DNA from: a virus | Taxonomy: Duplodnaviria; Caudoviricetes | Length of the DNA stretch: 55,910 nt | Strand: one strand, 5' to 3' | IMG/VR virus record: IMGVR_UViG_3300036779_000083 | Coordinates: 1-55,910 of that record | Shown: piece by piece, positions 26,616 to 36,113 of the stretch | Position numbering within the stretch: the stretch's first letter is position 1 | Layout of the letters: the number at the start of each line of letters is the position of its first letter | The notes under the pieces: model-generated | The model's input: only the letters and a program-made list of their open reading frames with translations | The model's database searches: none | What the model was told of the DNA's origin: nothing | Made by a program: the position numbers and the translations under genes

Positions 26616-28109
26616 GTGAACATCGATATCCCACGCCAGCAGCTCGATCTGTCGGATCGCTGTTGGCTCAATCCTCAGCTCGAAGCCTATCTCGTCAGCG
26701 AGCCTCTGTTCGCGCGTCGGTCGTTCGCCCGCTATCGGCGGCTGATACGTCCGACCATGCTGTGGGGTCGCTTTCCGCTCGAAGTGTCGGCTGCGCTGCA
26801 GCTGTTCTATCGCGACCTGATCGCCGGCAAGCGACCCAAGCTGGCGATCATGGCGCCGCCGCAGCACGGCAAGTCGCTCGCCGCCGAAGACTTCGTGTCG
26901 TGGCTCGCCGGCAAGGCGCCACACCTGAAGACGATCTACGCTTCGCATTCAGAAGACCTCGGGGTGCGTTGCAATCTCGGCGTCCAGCGCACCATGAAGT
27001 CGCCGCGCTATCAGTCGATATTCACCACGACGATCGGCGACAAGGGTTTCTTGTGCAACACCGACATCGTCGAGTACGGCGGCCATGGCGGCAGCTTCCG
27101 CAACGTCACCGTCAACGGCTCGATCAACGGCATGGAGCTGCATTTTGGCCTCATCGACGATCCGGTGAAAGGTCGCGCCGAGGCCAACAGTCCAGAGATA
27201 CGCAAGAAGATTTGGAATTGGTACGTCGACGATTTCCGCACCCGCTTCGCATCGAACAGCGGGATGCTTTGGATCATGACGCGCTGGCACGTCGATGATC
27301 CGCTCGGCCGTGCGCTGGAGAAGGAAGGCGACATCAAGGTCCTCAAGTTCAAGGCCATCGCCGAGAAGGACGAGCCCGGCCGTCGCTTCAAGGGCTGTCC
27401 GCTATTCCCCGCATTCAAGCCGCTCGATTTCCTCGAAGCGCAGAAGAAGATCATGTCGGCCGGCTCGTGGGAGGCCGAGTATCAGCAAGAGCCGTACATC
27501 TCTGGCGGTGGGATGTTTCCGATCGAGAAGCTCCGCGTCATCCCGGTGCTCGATCGCAGCCAGATCGTCCGCTCGGTGCTCTCGATCGACAAGGCCGGCA
27601 CTGCGGGCGGTGATGGCGCCCGCACCGCGATCGTGTTCATGCACCTGATGAAGAACGGCTCGATCCTGATCGAGAGCGTCACCACCGGCCGTTGGGAATC
27701 GCGTGAGCGCGAAGACATCATCAAGCAGCTCGCCGAGGCGTGCCGGATGTCGCTCACCGGGTACTGCTACGATTTCGAGGTGGTGGTCGAGCAAGAGCCG
27801 GGATCAGGCGGCAAGGAGTCGGCCGAGGCGACGATCCGTAATCTGATGGGCTTCACCGCCAAGGCCGTGAAGCCCGGGGCGCGACAATCGAAGACGGTGC
27901 GCGCCGAGCCGTTCGCCGCGCAAGTCCAGGGCAACAACGTGTGGCTGGTCGCCGGCCGGTGGATACCGGACTTCCTCGAAGAGATGGAGCCGTGGCCGTT
28001 TGGCCGAACGCTTGACCAGGGCGATGCCGCCGCGCAAGGTTTCAACCATCTTTGTGGAGGGCCGCCCTATGACCACACGTATAGCGGTTTCATGCCGGGG
28101 TCACCATGA
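26616..28109 (+). CDS. terL: Terminase large subunit
   Basis: APPQHGKS Walker A, LIDDPVK Walker B, MTRWHVDD, YQQEP, SIDKA, EQEPGSGG nuclease domain. Confidence 0.92.
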   Translation: MNIDIPRQQLDLSDRCWLNPQLEAYLVSEPLFARRSFARYRRLIRPTMLWGRFPLEVSAALQLFYRDLIAGKRPKLAIMAPPQHGKSLAAEDFVSWLAGKAPHLKTIYASHSEDLGVRCNLGVQRTMKSPRYQSIFTTTIGDKGFLCNTDIVEYGGHGGSFRNVTVNGSINGMELHFGLIDDPVKGRAEANSPEIRKKIWNWYVDDFRTRFASNSGMLWIMTRWHVDDPLGRALEKEGDIKVLKFKAIAEKDEPGRRFKGCPLFPAFKPLDFLEAQKKIMSAGSWEAEYQQEPYISGGGMFPIEKLRVIPVLDRSQIVRSVLSIDKAGTAGGDGARTAIVFMHLMKNGSILIESVTTGRWESREREDIIKQLAEACRMSLTGYCYDFEVVVEQEPGSGGKESAEATIRNLMGFTAKAVKPGARQSKTVRAEPFAAQVQGNNVWLVAGRWIPDFLEEMEPWPFGRTLDQGDAAAQGFNHLCGGPPYDHTYSGFMPGSP

Positions 28110-28252
28110 GTGGCAGCAACGGAAATAAAAGAAGAGGTCCAGCGTTGGCATGCCGGACCTCTTGGCAGTGTAACGTGGGTTTGGTTATGCCATCGACGTG
28201 TGTGTGAAACTCGTCGACGGCCGCAATACAATAGGGTGACTGCGGTGCAAAT

Positions 28253-28723
28253 GTGGCGCATCAGCTGATGGGATACCTGATCGCATTCCGTGGTCTCAAT
28301 GGTGCGATCGATAACCATTCGGTTTCGACGATCGCGCGCGCCGAGCGTCGCACCTTGCACTATTTCAACCACTTCGACTGGCAAGGCGCGGCCGGTCTTG
28401 TGCGGCGCTTTCCAGATGACTACTGGGTGCTTGGGTTTTCCATGGGCGGCAACGCCACAACCCTGCTGCCGTTCATGGATCAGCTGCGCCGGAGTGCTGC
28501 CATGCTGCCGACCAAGATCGTCACCGTCGGGCTGTACGACAAAGCGCGCCGCTACGCCGATAGCAGTGTGCCGGTGATCAACTATCTCGACAGCACCGGC
28601 CAGGAGCACAGGAACGAGCCGCACTGCATCAATCTCGGCGCTCGTGTCGATCATCTCGGCCGCACTGGCGGCATGGCGATCGTGTGCAAGCTGCTGACCG
28701 AACCGCCGGGGCAACCCGCATGA
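28253..28723 (+). CDS. Small alpha/beta-hydrolase-like protein
   Basis: VLGFSMGG (GxSxG) motif; C-terminal His. Confidence 0.5.
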   Translation: MAHQLMGYLIAFRGLNGAIDNHSVSTIARAERRTLHYFNHFDWQGAAGLVRRFPDDYWVLGFSMGGNATTLLPFMDQLRRSAAMLPTKIVTVGLYDKARRYADSSVPVINYLDSTGQEHRNEPHCINLGARVDHLGRTGGMAIVCKLLTEPPGQPA

Positions 28724-28914
28724 TCGCCGCTCGGCCGCTCACCGCGCATGTTTGTGCCGCGAGCTACGATGGCCGGATTTGGCACGTCATGGTCAAGTAC
28801 AGCGACGGCGATGCATATCTCAGCCGCGAGACCTACCGCAGTGAGGCTGAGGCATCGGAGGCGGCGCGGACCTGGGCGTTGGAAAACATGTCGACCGAAC
28901 ACACCCGGCAATGA
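28720..28914 (+). CDS. Hypothetical protein
   Basis: Coupled ORF. Confidence 0.4.
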   Translation: MIAARPLTAHVCAASYDGRIWHVMVKYSDGDAYLSRETYRSEAEASEAARTWALENMSTEHTRQ

Positions 28915-29014
28915 ATCAGGGCACGGCCGTTGTGGCTGTGCGTTTCCTCCCTAACTTGGCGCCGGCAACCGGCCAACCAGTCGGCGCCCTTTTTCTGTCA
29001 CCCGAGAGGAACGC

Positions 29015-30079
29015 ATGAGCCTTGCCTTCGACGCGAGCCGTCGATCGGTTGATCCGACCGGCACCTCGAAGCTGCGCGGCAAATTTCGAAGCGATCTGCA
29101 ACTGCGGCTTCGCATGCTGCGGGCACAGCTGCGGGTCGCCGTTGTGGAGCATGATGTTCTTGCGTTGGGTCGCGGCGGCATCATGTCTTACCACCCGCCG
29201 GACGTACGCTTGCGCGCATTCAGTCACTGGCTAGAGGTCGCGGTCGCGAGCCTCGTCGCCGGGCATTGGGTGCGCAATTACATCATGCATGCGTCCGAAG
29301 CTGGCGTGGCGGCAGCGGTGAAGGAGTTGAACCTCGGCACCGCTGCCGTCCGTCAAGCATCATCGAACGACCTGCTTGAAGAGCAGACCGTCAACGAGAT
29401 CGTCGGCATCGGCGACGCGATGATCCAACAGGTCACCCGCTGCGCCATGGTGGTGATCCGTCGCGGCATGAAGGCACCGAAAGCTTACGCTATGTTGGCG
29501 TCGGCGTTCGAGAAGGTGGCGCTGTCGCGCACCAAGTCGCTTGCCGACACCGCGGTGGTTGCTGCATATAATGGCGGCAAATTAGATGTGTACGAAGCTG
29601 CTGGGATTACCCACGTTGGGGTCGATCCAGAACTAGAAGGGCGACCGCATGAACGGTCGCCCTCCCGTCGTCCTGGCCAGCCTCGCCTAGACGTGCTTCG
29701 CCAGAACTTGCCGCGCGTGGGCTTGCAAAGCCGCGACGTGCCACACAACGGCGATTCAGTATCTACCACGGAGGTTGGAATTGACCCAGAAATTCATCCA
29801 GGGACCCTACGGTCCGATACCAGTGACGCAGCCACCGGCCACAACCGTCCGCCTGTCAAGCGCCGCCGTTCTCGGTGGAAGGCCGAAGCAGTTGGTGTCC
29901 GTACAGCCGGGGACGAGAAAGTTTGCCTCACCTGCGAAGCTATTGCCGAGGACGCGCCTTACACGACCGCTGAGGCGCGGGAGCTGATCCCAGCTCACCC
30001 ACACTGTCGCTGCAGCGTCTTTCCATGGTTCGACAAACGATTTCGTCGTGACAGTTCATTGGCTGGCGGGCTGTCATGA
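29015..30079 (+). CDS. Minor head protein, SPP1 gp7/Mu gpF (MuF) family
   Basis: DPTGT N-terminus; TAGDEKVCLTC...IPAHPHCRC. Confidence 0.75.
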   Translation: MSLAFDASRRSVDPTGTSKLRGKFRSDLQLRLRMLRAQLRVAVVEHDVLALGRGGIMSYHPPDVRLRAFSHWLEVAVASLVAGHWVRNYIMHASEAGVAAAVKELNLGTAAVRQASSNDLLEEQTVNEIVGIGDAMIQQVTRCAMVVIRRGMKAPKAYAMLASAFEKVALSRTKSLADTAVVAAYNGGKLDVYEAAGITHVGVDPELEGRPHERSPSRRPGQPRLDVLRQNLPRVGLQSRDVPHNGDSVSTTEVGIDPEIHPGTLRSDTSDAATGHNRPPVKRRRSRWKAEAVGVRTAGDEKVCLTCEAIAEDAPYTTAEARELIPAHPHCRCSVFPWFDKRFRRDSSLAGGLS

Positions 30080-30130
30080 TCATGGTGTATGAGAGCTTGC
30101 CGACGACCGGCGAAACAGGGAGAAAACATA

Positions 30131-30766
30131 ATGGACGGATTTTTGGCGTACATCATGCCGCTGGCGAGCGGTGGGGCTCCCACGCACCCGATTGCGCCCG
30201 GTGGGCCGCCTCCGGTGGTTTGGCCCGGTCCCGGCTATCCAGCGCACCCAATCGCACCGGGCGGGCCGCCGCCGGGCGTATGGCCTGATCCCGGCTACCC
30301 CGCTCATCCGATCGCCCCAGGCGGCCCTCCTCCGGGCGTGTGGCCGGGTCCTGGGTATCCTGCACACCCGATTGCTCCAGGTGGTCCGCCGCCCGGTGTC
30401 TCGCATCCGATCCCGCCGATCATCTGGCCCGAGCCGCCAGGAGGCGGACCGCCGGTTGTGATCTGGCCGAGCCCCGGTCATCCGGCACACCCGATCGTGA
30501 TTCCACTGCCGCCTGAAATCTGGCCGCCGGGCGGAAAGCCGGAGCATCCGATCGTGTTGCCGCCGCCGGACGCCGGAAAGCCGCCGAGCATCTGGCCGTC
30601 GCCGGGATTCCCAGCGCATCCGATCGTGATCCCGCCGACCGATCCAGAGCGGGAGAAGCTGATCGATTGGGAAGTCGTGTGGCACCCGGAGAATGGCTGG
30701 ATGGTGATCGGTACACCCAACGTGCCGGTGCCGACACCGAGTGCAGCGGCTGCGCCGAAGAAATAA
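30131..30766 (+). CDS. Proline-rich repeat protein
   Basis: HPIAPGGPPPGVWPGPGYPA 20-aa (60-bp) repeats with synonymous variation; GGGAG RBS. Confidence 0.75.
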   Translation: MDGFLAYIMPLASGGAPTHPIAPGGPPPVVWPGPGYPAHPIAPGGPPPGVWPDPGYPAHPIAPGGPPPGVWPGPGYPAHPIAPGGPPPGVSHPIPPIIWPEPPGGGPPVVIWPSPGHPAHPIVIPLPPEIWPPGGKPEHPIVLPPPDAGKPPSIWPSPGFPAHPIVIPPTDPEREKLIDWEVVWHPENGWMVIGTPNVPVPTPSAAAAPKK

Positions 30767-30982
30767 AGGAATACTTGCCGCCGAGGCTCAATGCTTCGGC
30801 GGCAACGTGAGTTGGTTCATACAGGCCGATCGCGAGCTGCAGCATTATCGTTGGTGTTCGGCGTCCCGGCTTGTGATAGCCTGAGTAAGTTCAAGCGTAT
30901 GCAATTACGTGCAAGCGTTGCTCCCCGTGGGAGGGAGCGCTGTCAAAGGACGGGTCGCCGAACTTATTAAAGGAGGCTCGTT

Positions 30983-31201
30983 ATGATCAAAGTTCTTTTG
31001 GCCCTACCTGCCATGCTCTTGCTTGTTGGAGGGACGAGCGCGGCAGAACAACACCGCGAGAGAGCCGGTGACACCAACCATGGCAGCGGCTTCATCCGCG
31101 GTCATGAGGTCGACGGCAACGGACGGTTCTCGGATCGGGAGCCGACCTGCTACCGGCCGGAGTATTTCGCCCAGCGTAACGTCTCGGGCGCGTGCTTCTG
31201 A
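30983..31201 (+). CDS. Small secreted protein
   Basis: AAGGAGG RBS; signal peptide; two Cys. Confidence 0.55.
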   Translation: MIKVLLALPAMLLLVGGTSAAEQHRERAGDTNHGSGFIRGHEVDGNGRFSDREPTCYRPEYFAQRNVSGACF

Positions 31202-31636
31202 AAATAACGACGGGGGCGCTTCACTGCGCCCCTTGATTCACCTGACAGCGACGATCGTCTGCGTTATGTTTTCGGCCGGGCGAATTGCCGCCCGCTCTGT
31301 CAGGGGATACTCCTCAAGATGTCCAGACCGCTCATCGGCTGCGATGGCAGCAGCTCGATCCATGTCGCTACCATGACGAACCTCAATGCCGCGCTGTTGG
31401 TGCTCGGCATCGCGTTGTTGTTCGCGTTCACCCTGTTCATCGGCTGCCGGTTGTTGCCGTCGGCGCAGAAGCCATATCTGCGGCCACGCAAAAGCCGTAC
31501 CCTTTCGGACCCGGCTGATTTGGTGTAGTCTCGGTTCGCTCCTAGCTCTTGTTCTCGTTAACACCGAAGCCTCCCCAGGTGCTTGCACCCGGGGAGGTTC
31601 TCGTTAAGCTGCGTTCGTCTCGCCTGTCCTGTTGAG

Positions 31637-31846
31637 TTACGAAGAGGTACCCTCCGCTGCGGTCGCCGTTGCGGAGGTCTTCTTTTTCCGCTGCTCGCGT
31701 GCCTCGGCGGCGATCCGCGTGTTGGCCGCCTCGACCTCAGCTTTGATCAGTGCGTCGAGGACCTGCATGCCACCCAGTATCATGTAGGCGACCTCGGTTG
31801 CCTTCTGCTTGGTGATCTTTGGCGCGCGCGGCTTTCTGGTTCTCAT
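31637..31846 (-). CDS. Hypothetical basic protein
   Basis: GGAGA RBS; divergent from the AT-rich region 31860-32030. Confidence 0.5.
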   Translation of the reverse strand: MRTRKPRAPKITKQKATEVAYMILGGMQVLDALIKAEVEAANTRIAAEAREQRKKKTSATATAAEGTSS

Positions 31847-32046
31847 AATAGTATCTCCAATTTTCAAACAACTCGGCGCGGGTTATCCACGTCGATAGGC
31901 ATATTATATCACACGCGAAAACGTGGTTTTGATTGTGCGCGGCAACATCAAAGGGTTACGTCGAAACTCGCACTGACACCATTATCGAAAATAATTTCAT
32001 TTTATGCATTTTTATGCATTTTCGATGATCTCTCGGGAGAGCTGAC

Positions 32047-32406
32047 ATGCCGCGGTATCAGGTCCTCGACCCCAACTTTCAGAGCGGCAACCTCGGCGGC
32101 AACCTGATCACGGTCATCGATGGCATCGCCACCGTCACCATGACGGCGCAACAGGCGTCGTACTGGCTCACGCAAGGCGCGGTGATTCCGCTCGGTCAGG
32201 CCGGACAGATCAACTACCAGATGATGGCGCCGTGGCTCGTGGTCGGCTCGCCGATCATCGACGTGCCGATCGAGAGCGTGAACCTGTTCGGGCTCGACCT
32301 CGATTGCGGGTCGCCGACCATCGACATGGCAGCGGCGATCGACATGCTGGCCGCATCTGTGCTCACCACGACTTTACCTGCTTTTGGCGCGCCGATGCTG
32401 GCGTGA
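32047..32406 (+). CDS. Hypothetical virion-associated protein
   Basis: GGGAG RBS; VGSP/CGSP motifs shared with tail proteins. Confidence 0.6.
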   Translation: MPRYQVLDPNFQSGNLGGNLITVIDGIATVTMTAQQASYWLTQGAVIPLGQAGQINYQMMAPWLVVGSPIIDVPIESVNLFGLDLDCGSPTIDMAAAIDMLAASVLTTTLPAFGAPMLA

Positions 32407-32416
32407 CGGAGAACCT

Positions 32417-35400
32417 ATGAACGTCGCGGCACCCAATATCTTGCGCTTCCCACGCGCGTGGTTCGACGCTACGCGTGACAGCTTTCAGAACTTCCTCGCT
32501 GGCTTTGGTGTGCCCGGCCGCGACAAGTCGGTATCGCAGTTCTGGTGGTATTGGCCGCTCGATGTCCAGCAGCTCGAAGCCGCCTATGCCAGCGATTGGG
32601 TGGCGCGCAAGATCGTCGAGATACCGGCGTTCGATGCGACGCGCTCATGGCGGCTATGGCAGGCTGACAAGGAGGATCAGAAGAAGATCGAAGAGGCCGA
32701 GCGCCAATACAATCTGCAGCGCAAGCTGCTCGATGCACTGATCAAGGCGCGGCTCTATGGCGGCTCGGCGATCATCCTCGGCGTCAACCAGGGCACGTTT
32801 CAGGACGAGCTGGAAATCGACAAGGTCGGCAAGGACGATCTCAAGTTCGTCCATGTGGTGAGCCGTTACGGGCTCGCCGCCGGCCCGACGGTGAAAGAGA
32901 TCACTTCGCCGTGGTACGGCCACCCGACCTACTATCAGCGCGCCAATGTGGTCACGGTTGCGCCGCCCGGTGGCGTCGAGCCGATCGGCGAGCCGACCAT
33001 GGGGCAGCTGCCCGGCGACATGCTCTACATCCATCCATCGCGCGTGATCCGGCTGATCGGGCTCGATTACCCCGACGTGGAGCGGGCGCCAGATGCGTGG
33101 GGCATCACCGTGCTGCAGCCGGTCGCTGACGCGCTCAAGTCCGCCGGCATGGTGACCTCGTCGATGGCGGCGATGATCGCCGAGGCCAAGCTCGACATCA
33201 TCAAGGTGCCCGGGCTCACCGCGAAGATGCAGACCGCCGAAGGCACCCAGAATGTGCTTAGCCGGTTCATGCAGACCAACGTCGCCAAGTCGAGCATCAA
33301 CGCGTTGCTGCTCGACAAGGAGGAGGAATGGGAGCGCCATCAGCTGCAGCTCGCCAACTACGACAAGGTGCTCAGCTCGTATTTCCTGCTGTGCTGTGCC
33401 GCCGCCGACGTTCCGGCGACGCGGTTCATGGGCCGCGAGCCGGCCGGGCAGAACGCTACCGGCGACAGTGACACCAGAAATTATTACGATCGCCTCGCCT
33501 CCGATCAGAAGGTGCGCCAGACCCCGGCGCTGCGTCCGCTCGACGAGGTGTTGCTGCGCTCGACCTTCGGCAGCCGCGACGACGCATGGCGCTACGACTG
33601 GAATGCGCTGTGGCTGATGTCGGACGCCGAGAAGGCCGATGTCGAATTGAAGAAGGCGCAGGCGCACAAGATCGATGTCGACGCCGGGCTGCTGTCGCCG
33701 CACGTGCTGCAGATCGGCCGCGAGAACTCGCTCGTCGAGTCGGGCTTCCTGTATCCCGGCATCGAGTCCGCGATCGAGGACGAGGCCGATTGGGACGCCG
33801 AGGAAGGCGTCGCCGAGGCGCGCACAAAGGGGCAGATGGACCCCAATGATCCCGACGTGATCGCCGCCAAGAGCAAGGCGATGACCAAGGGCATGCAGCA
33901 AGCCGGCGGTAAGCCGGGGATGCCGTTCAAGCCCGGCGGCAAGCCCGGCGGCCGGCCCAACGGCGGCAAGCCGAACGGCGGCGTGCGTGATGCACGCCGC
34001 AATCCTTTCCGCCGTCTCGCCCGTCTTCGTGACGCGCCACCGCCACCGCCAACTTTCGTCCCCGAGCTGCATCCGCACGATCCCAAGACCGGCCAGTGGG
34101 CGACCACCGTTACCGGCGATCCGCTGCAGATGAACCCGGAGGTGGTGAGCGTTGGTGGTGATGCGTGGAATCAGAAGACCGGGGCGCGGCTTGAATTCGA
34201 GTATGCGCGCATCAAGCCGCTACTCGACAAGCTCGCCGGTGATCTCGTCGCGGGCCGCGCCGAAGATGTGCCGGACGAGGACGAGGACAAGGATCAACCT
34301 TACGTTCCCGAGAGCTGGGATGAGCTGTCGAGCGATCAGCAGGAAGAGGCGAAGACCAAGTGGAAGGAGGCGAGCTTCTCCGAATACAAGGACAGCGAAA
34401 TCCAGAATCAGTATGACAGCGGCTACATGCTCGAACAGGGCAAGCGCGACACGTTGGAAGAATGGAAGGACGCGCCGACCAAGCACTCGACGGTGAGTGG
34501 CGAGACGCTGGAATGGCCGGACTGGGCGAGCGAGGCGATCGACGAGGTGATCGACGAGCATGCCGAGGCTGGCAAGCGCCTTCGCTTCACCAAGGATCAA
34601 ATCCTCAAGGCGCTGACGATCGACGCCGGCAAATACGGCGAGTTCGGTGGTGACGGCAGCGGCGATCCAAATGTCGACTTTGACGATAGCGAGCTGACCG
34701 ATCCGGCCGGCTATGATCCGAGCGAAGTATTCCCCGGCTTCGAGAAGCTAGAGCCGTCGAGCTTCCTCACCGAGGACCAGCGCGACGACATCATCAAGGC
34801 GATTACCGACGCTTTCAACAAAGAGGGCGACAGCAAAGCCGACAAGCTCGATGCCTCGGATTACATCGACGAGAGCAGCATCGACGACTATCAGGACGAA
34901 TCCTGGGAGCACAGTTTCTCGGACCAGCAGAAGTGGGAATACGCCGAGCAATATCTGGAGCTGGGCGAGCAGGAGAGCCATCGCGAGACGCCGGAGCCGA
35001 CTCAGGTGGTGATGCCAGCGCACTTCGATCCGATGGGCGATCCCGACGCTGACGATGATTACAAGAACGACCGCGACTATCAGAACACCAAGGCGCTCGG
35101 CCGTGCGATGTCGATCGCGCGGGCGGTGGAGGTGAGCAAGGAGCGCGGCATCGACACCGACGAGGCGACCGTTCGCGACATGGACTCGACGCTGTGGCGC
35201 GACTGGAAGTCGTCATCGACCTCGCCAAATGGCAAGCTATTGCAGCTCGCCATCGCCGACGAGCTGGGCGGGCGCCTGCATGAGGAGCGCATCGGCAATC
35301 CGGCCGATGTCGAGCGGACGAAGCGTGAAGGCAACAAGTGGGGCGGCTACGACGCGGTGAAGGCTTACATCCGCGGCAAGTGGGAGACCACGCAATATCT

Positions 35401-35773
35401 GCTCGACAAGGCGAACCTGCAGACCGTCGGGCTGTGGCGCGGCGTCGGCGTCGATGTCGAGAAAGAGCGCTCGGTCGAGGTCCAGGTTCAATCGACGATC
35501 TATGAGCAGCTGCCCGACACCGTGATCCGTCGCAACGGCGCGGCGTCATGGACGGTCAAGCGCTCGGTCGCCAACAATTGGTCGAAGGTGACGCTGCGCG
35601 CCCAGGTGCCGCGCACCGCGATCGTGTCGGTCCCGGTCTATGGCCAGAATGTCCACAACGAGCACGAGGTGATCGTCGCCGGCACCGCGTGGAAAAATTG
35701 GGATGCCTGGAAGGGTGCAGCGCCGTCGTTCGACGACGTGCCGATGTCGTTGCACAGTGGAGCCACGCCATGA
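32417..35773 (+). CDS. Portal protein (DUF1073/HI1409-like) fused to an acidic region and an ADP-ribosyltransferase-like C-terminal domain
   Basis: ARKIVEIPAFDATR, ARLYGG, IHPSRVIRL, PATRFMG-PAGQNATGDSD--NYYD; C-terminal LWRG/ASWT/NEHEV. Confidence 0.88.
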   Translation: MNVAAPNILRFPRAWFDATRDSFQNFLAGFGVPGRDKSVSQFWWYWPLDVQQLEAAYASDWVARKIVEIPAFDATRSWRLWQADKEDQKKIEEAERQYNLQRKLLDALIKARLYGGSAIILGVNQGTFQDELEIDKVGKDDLKFVHVVSRYGLAAGPTVKEITSPWYGHPTYYQRANVVTVAPPGGVEPIGEPTMGQLPGDMLYIHPSRVIRLIGLDYPDVERAPDAWGITVLQPVADALKSAGMVTSSMAAMIAEAKLDIIKVPGLTAKMQTAEGTQNVLSRFMQTNVAKSSINALLLDKEEEWERHQLQLANYDKVLSSYFLLCCAAADVPATRFMGREPAGQNATGDSDTRNYYDRLASDQKVRQTPALRPLDEVLLRSTFGSRDDAWRYDWNALWLMSDAEKADVELKKAQAHKIDVDAGLLSPHVLQIGRENSLVESGFLYPGIESAIEDEADWDAEEGVAEARTKGQMDPNDPDVIAAKSKAMTKGMQQAGGKPGMPFKPGGKPGGRPNGGKPNGGVRDARRNPFRRLARLRDAPPPPPTFVPELHPHDPKTGQWATTVTGDPLQMNPEVVSVGGDAWNQKTGARLEFEYARIKPLLDKLAGDLVAGRAEDVPDEDEDKDQPYVPESWDELSSDQQEEAKTKWKEASFSEYKDSEIQNQYDSGYMLEQGKRDTLEEWKDAPTKHSTVSGETLEWPDWASEAIDEVIDEHAEAGKRLRFTKDQILKALTIDAGKYGEFGGDGSGDPNVDFDDSELTDPAGYDPSEVFPGFEKLEPSSFLTEDQRDDIIKAITDAFNKEGDSKADKLDASDYIDESSIDDYQDESWEHSFSDQQKWEYAEQYLELGEQESHRETPEPTQVVMPAHFDPMGDPDADDDYKNDRDYQNTKALGRAMSIARAVEVSKERGIDTDEATVRDMDSTLWRDWKSSSTSPNGKLLQLAIADELGGRLHEERIGNPADVERTKREGNKWGGYDAVKAYIRGKWETTQYLLDKANLQTVGLWRGVGVDVEKERSVEVQVQSTIYEQLPDTVIRRNGAASWTVKRSVANNWSKVTLRAQVPRTAIVSVPVYGQNVHNEHEVIVAGTAWKNWDAWKGAAPSFDDVPMSLHSGATP

Positions 35774-35988
35774 CGCTGAAGCTCGACCTGCTCAAGATCG
35801 ACATGGACGCCGGCAAGCACTGGATCGATCGCGTCGTCGAGCAGATGGCCGCTGATCGGCTTGAGCTGGTCAGGGTGAAGGCGCGCGCCAATTGGCTGCG
35901 CCGCCACGGCCGCGATTCCGGTGCCGCTGGAATTCGTCAAGCCGAGCTGGAAGCCAAGATCGCGGCGACGACGAGCGGCAAGCGTTAG
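35770..35988 (+). CDS. Hypothetical protein
   Basis: ATGA-coupled to the portal gene. Confidence 0.45.
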   Translation: MTLKLDLLKIDMDAGKHWIDRVVEQMAADRLELVRVKARANWLRRHGRDSGAAGIRQAELEAKIAATTSGKR

Positions 35989-36113
35989 CTGAAGATCAGA
36001 TCGAACAGTTCAAACATCGCGCATGAGATCAAGCCGAGCGCGATCAGCGCGATGATCCAGGCCACGGCGATGAATCGTTTGTCTTCCGGCAACATTTCCA
36101 TGTGGAGCATCCG

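Noticed and set aside
31202-31630. Several short overlapping ORFs
   Set aside because: Could not choose a credible frame; one hydrophobic ORF (31319-31528) is possible but unsupported.
32654-34078. Long antisense ORFs (also 47901-49535, 49869-51749, 53155-54615)
   Set aside because: Shadow ORFs of GC-rich genes on the opposite strand, with no motifs.
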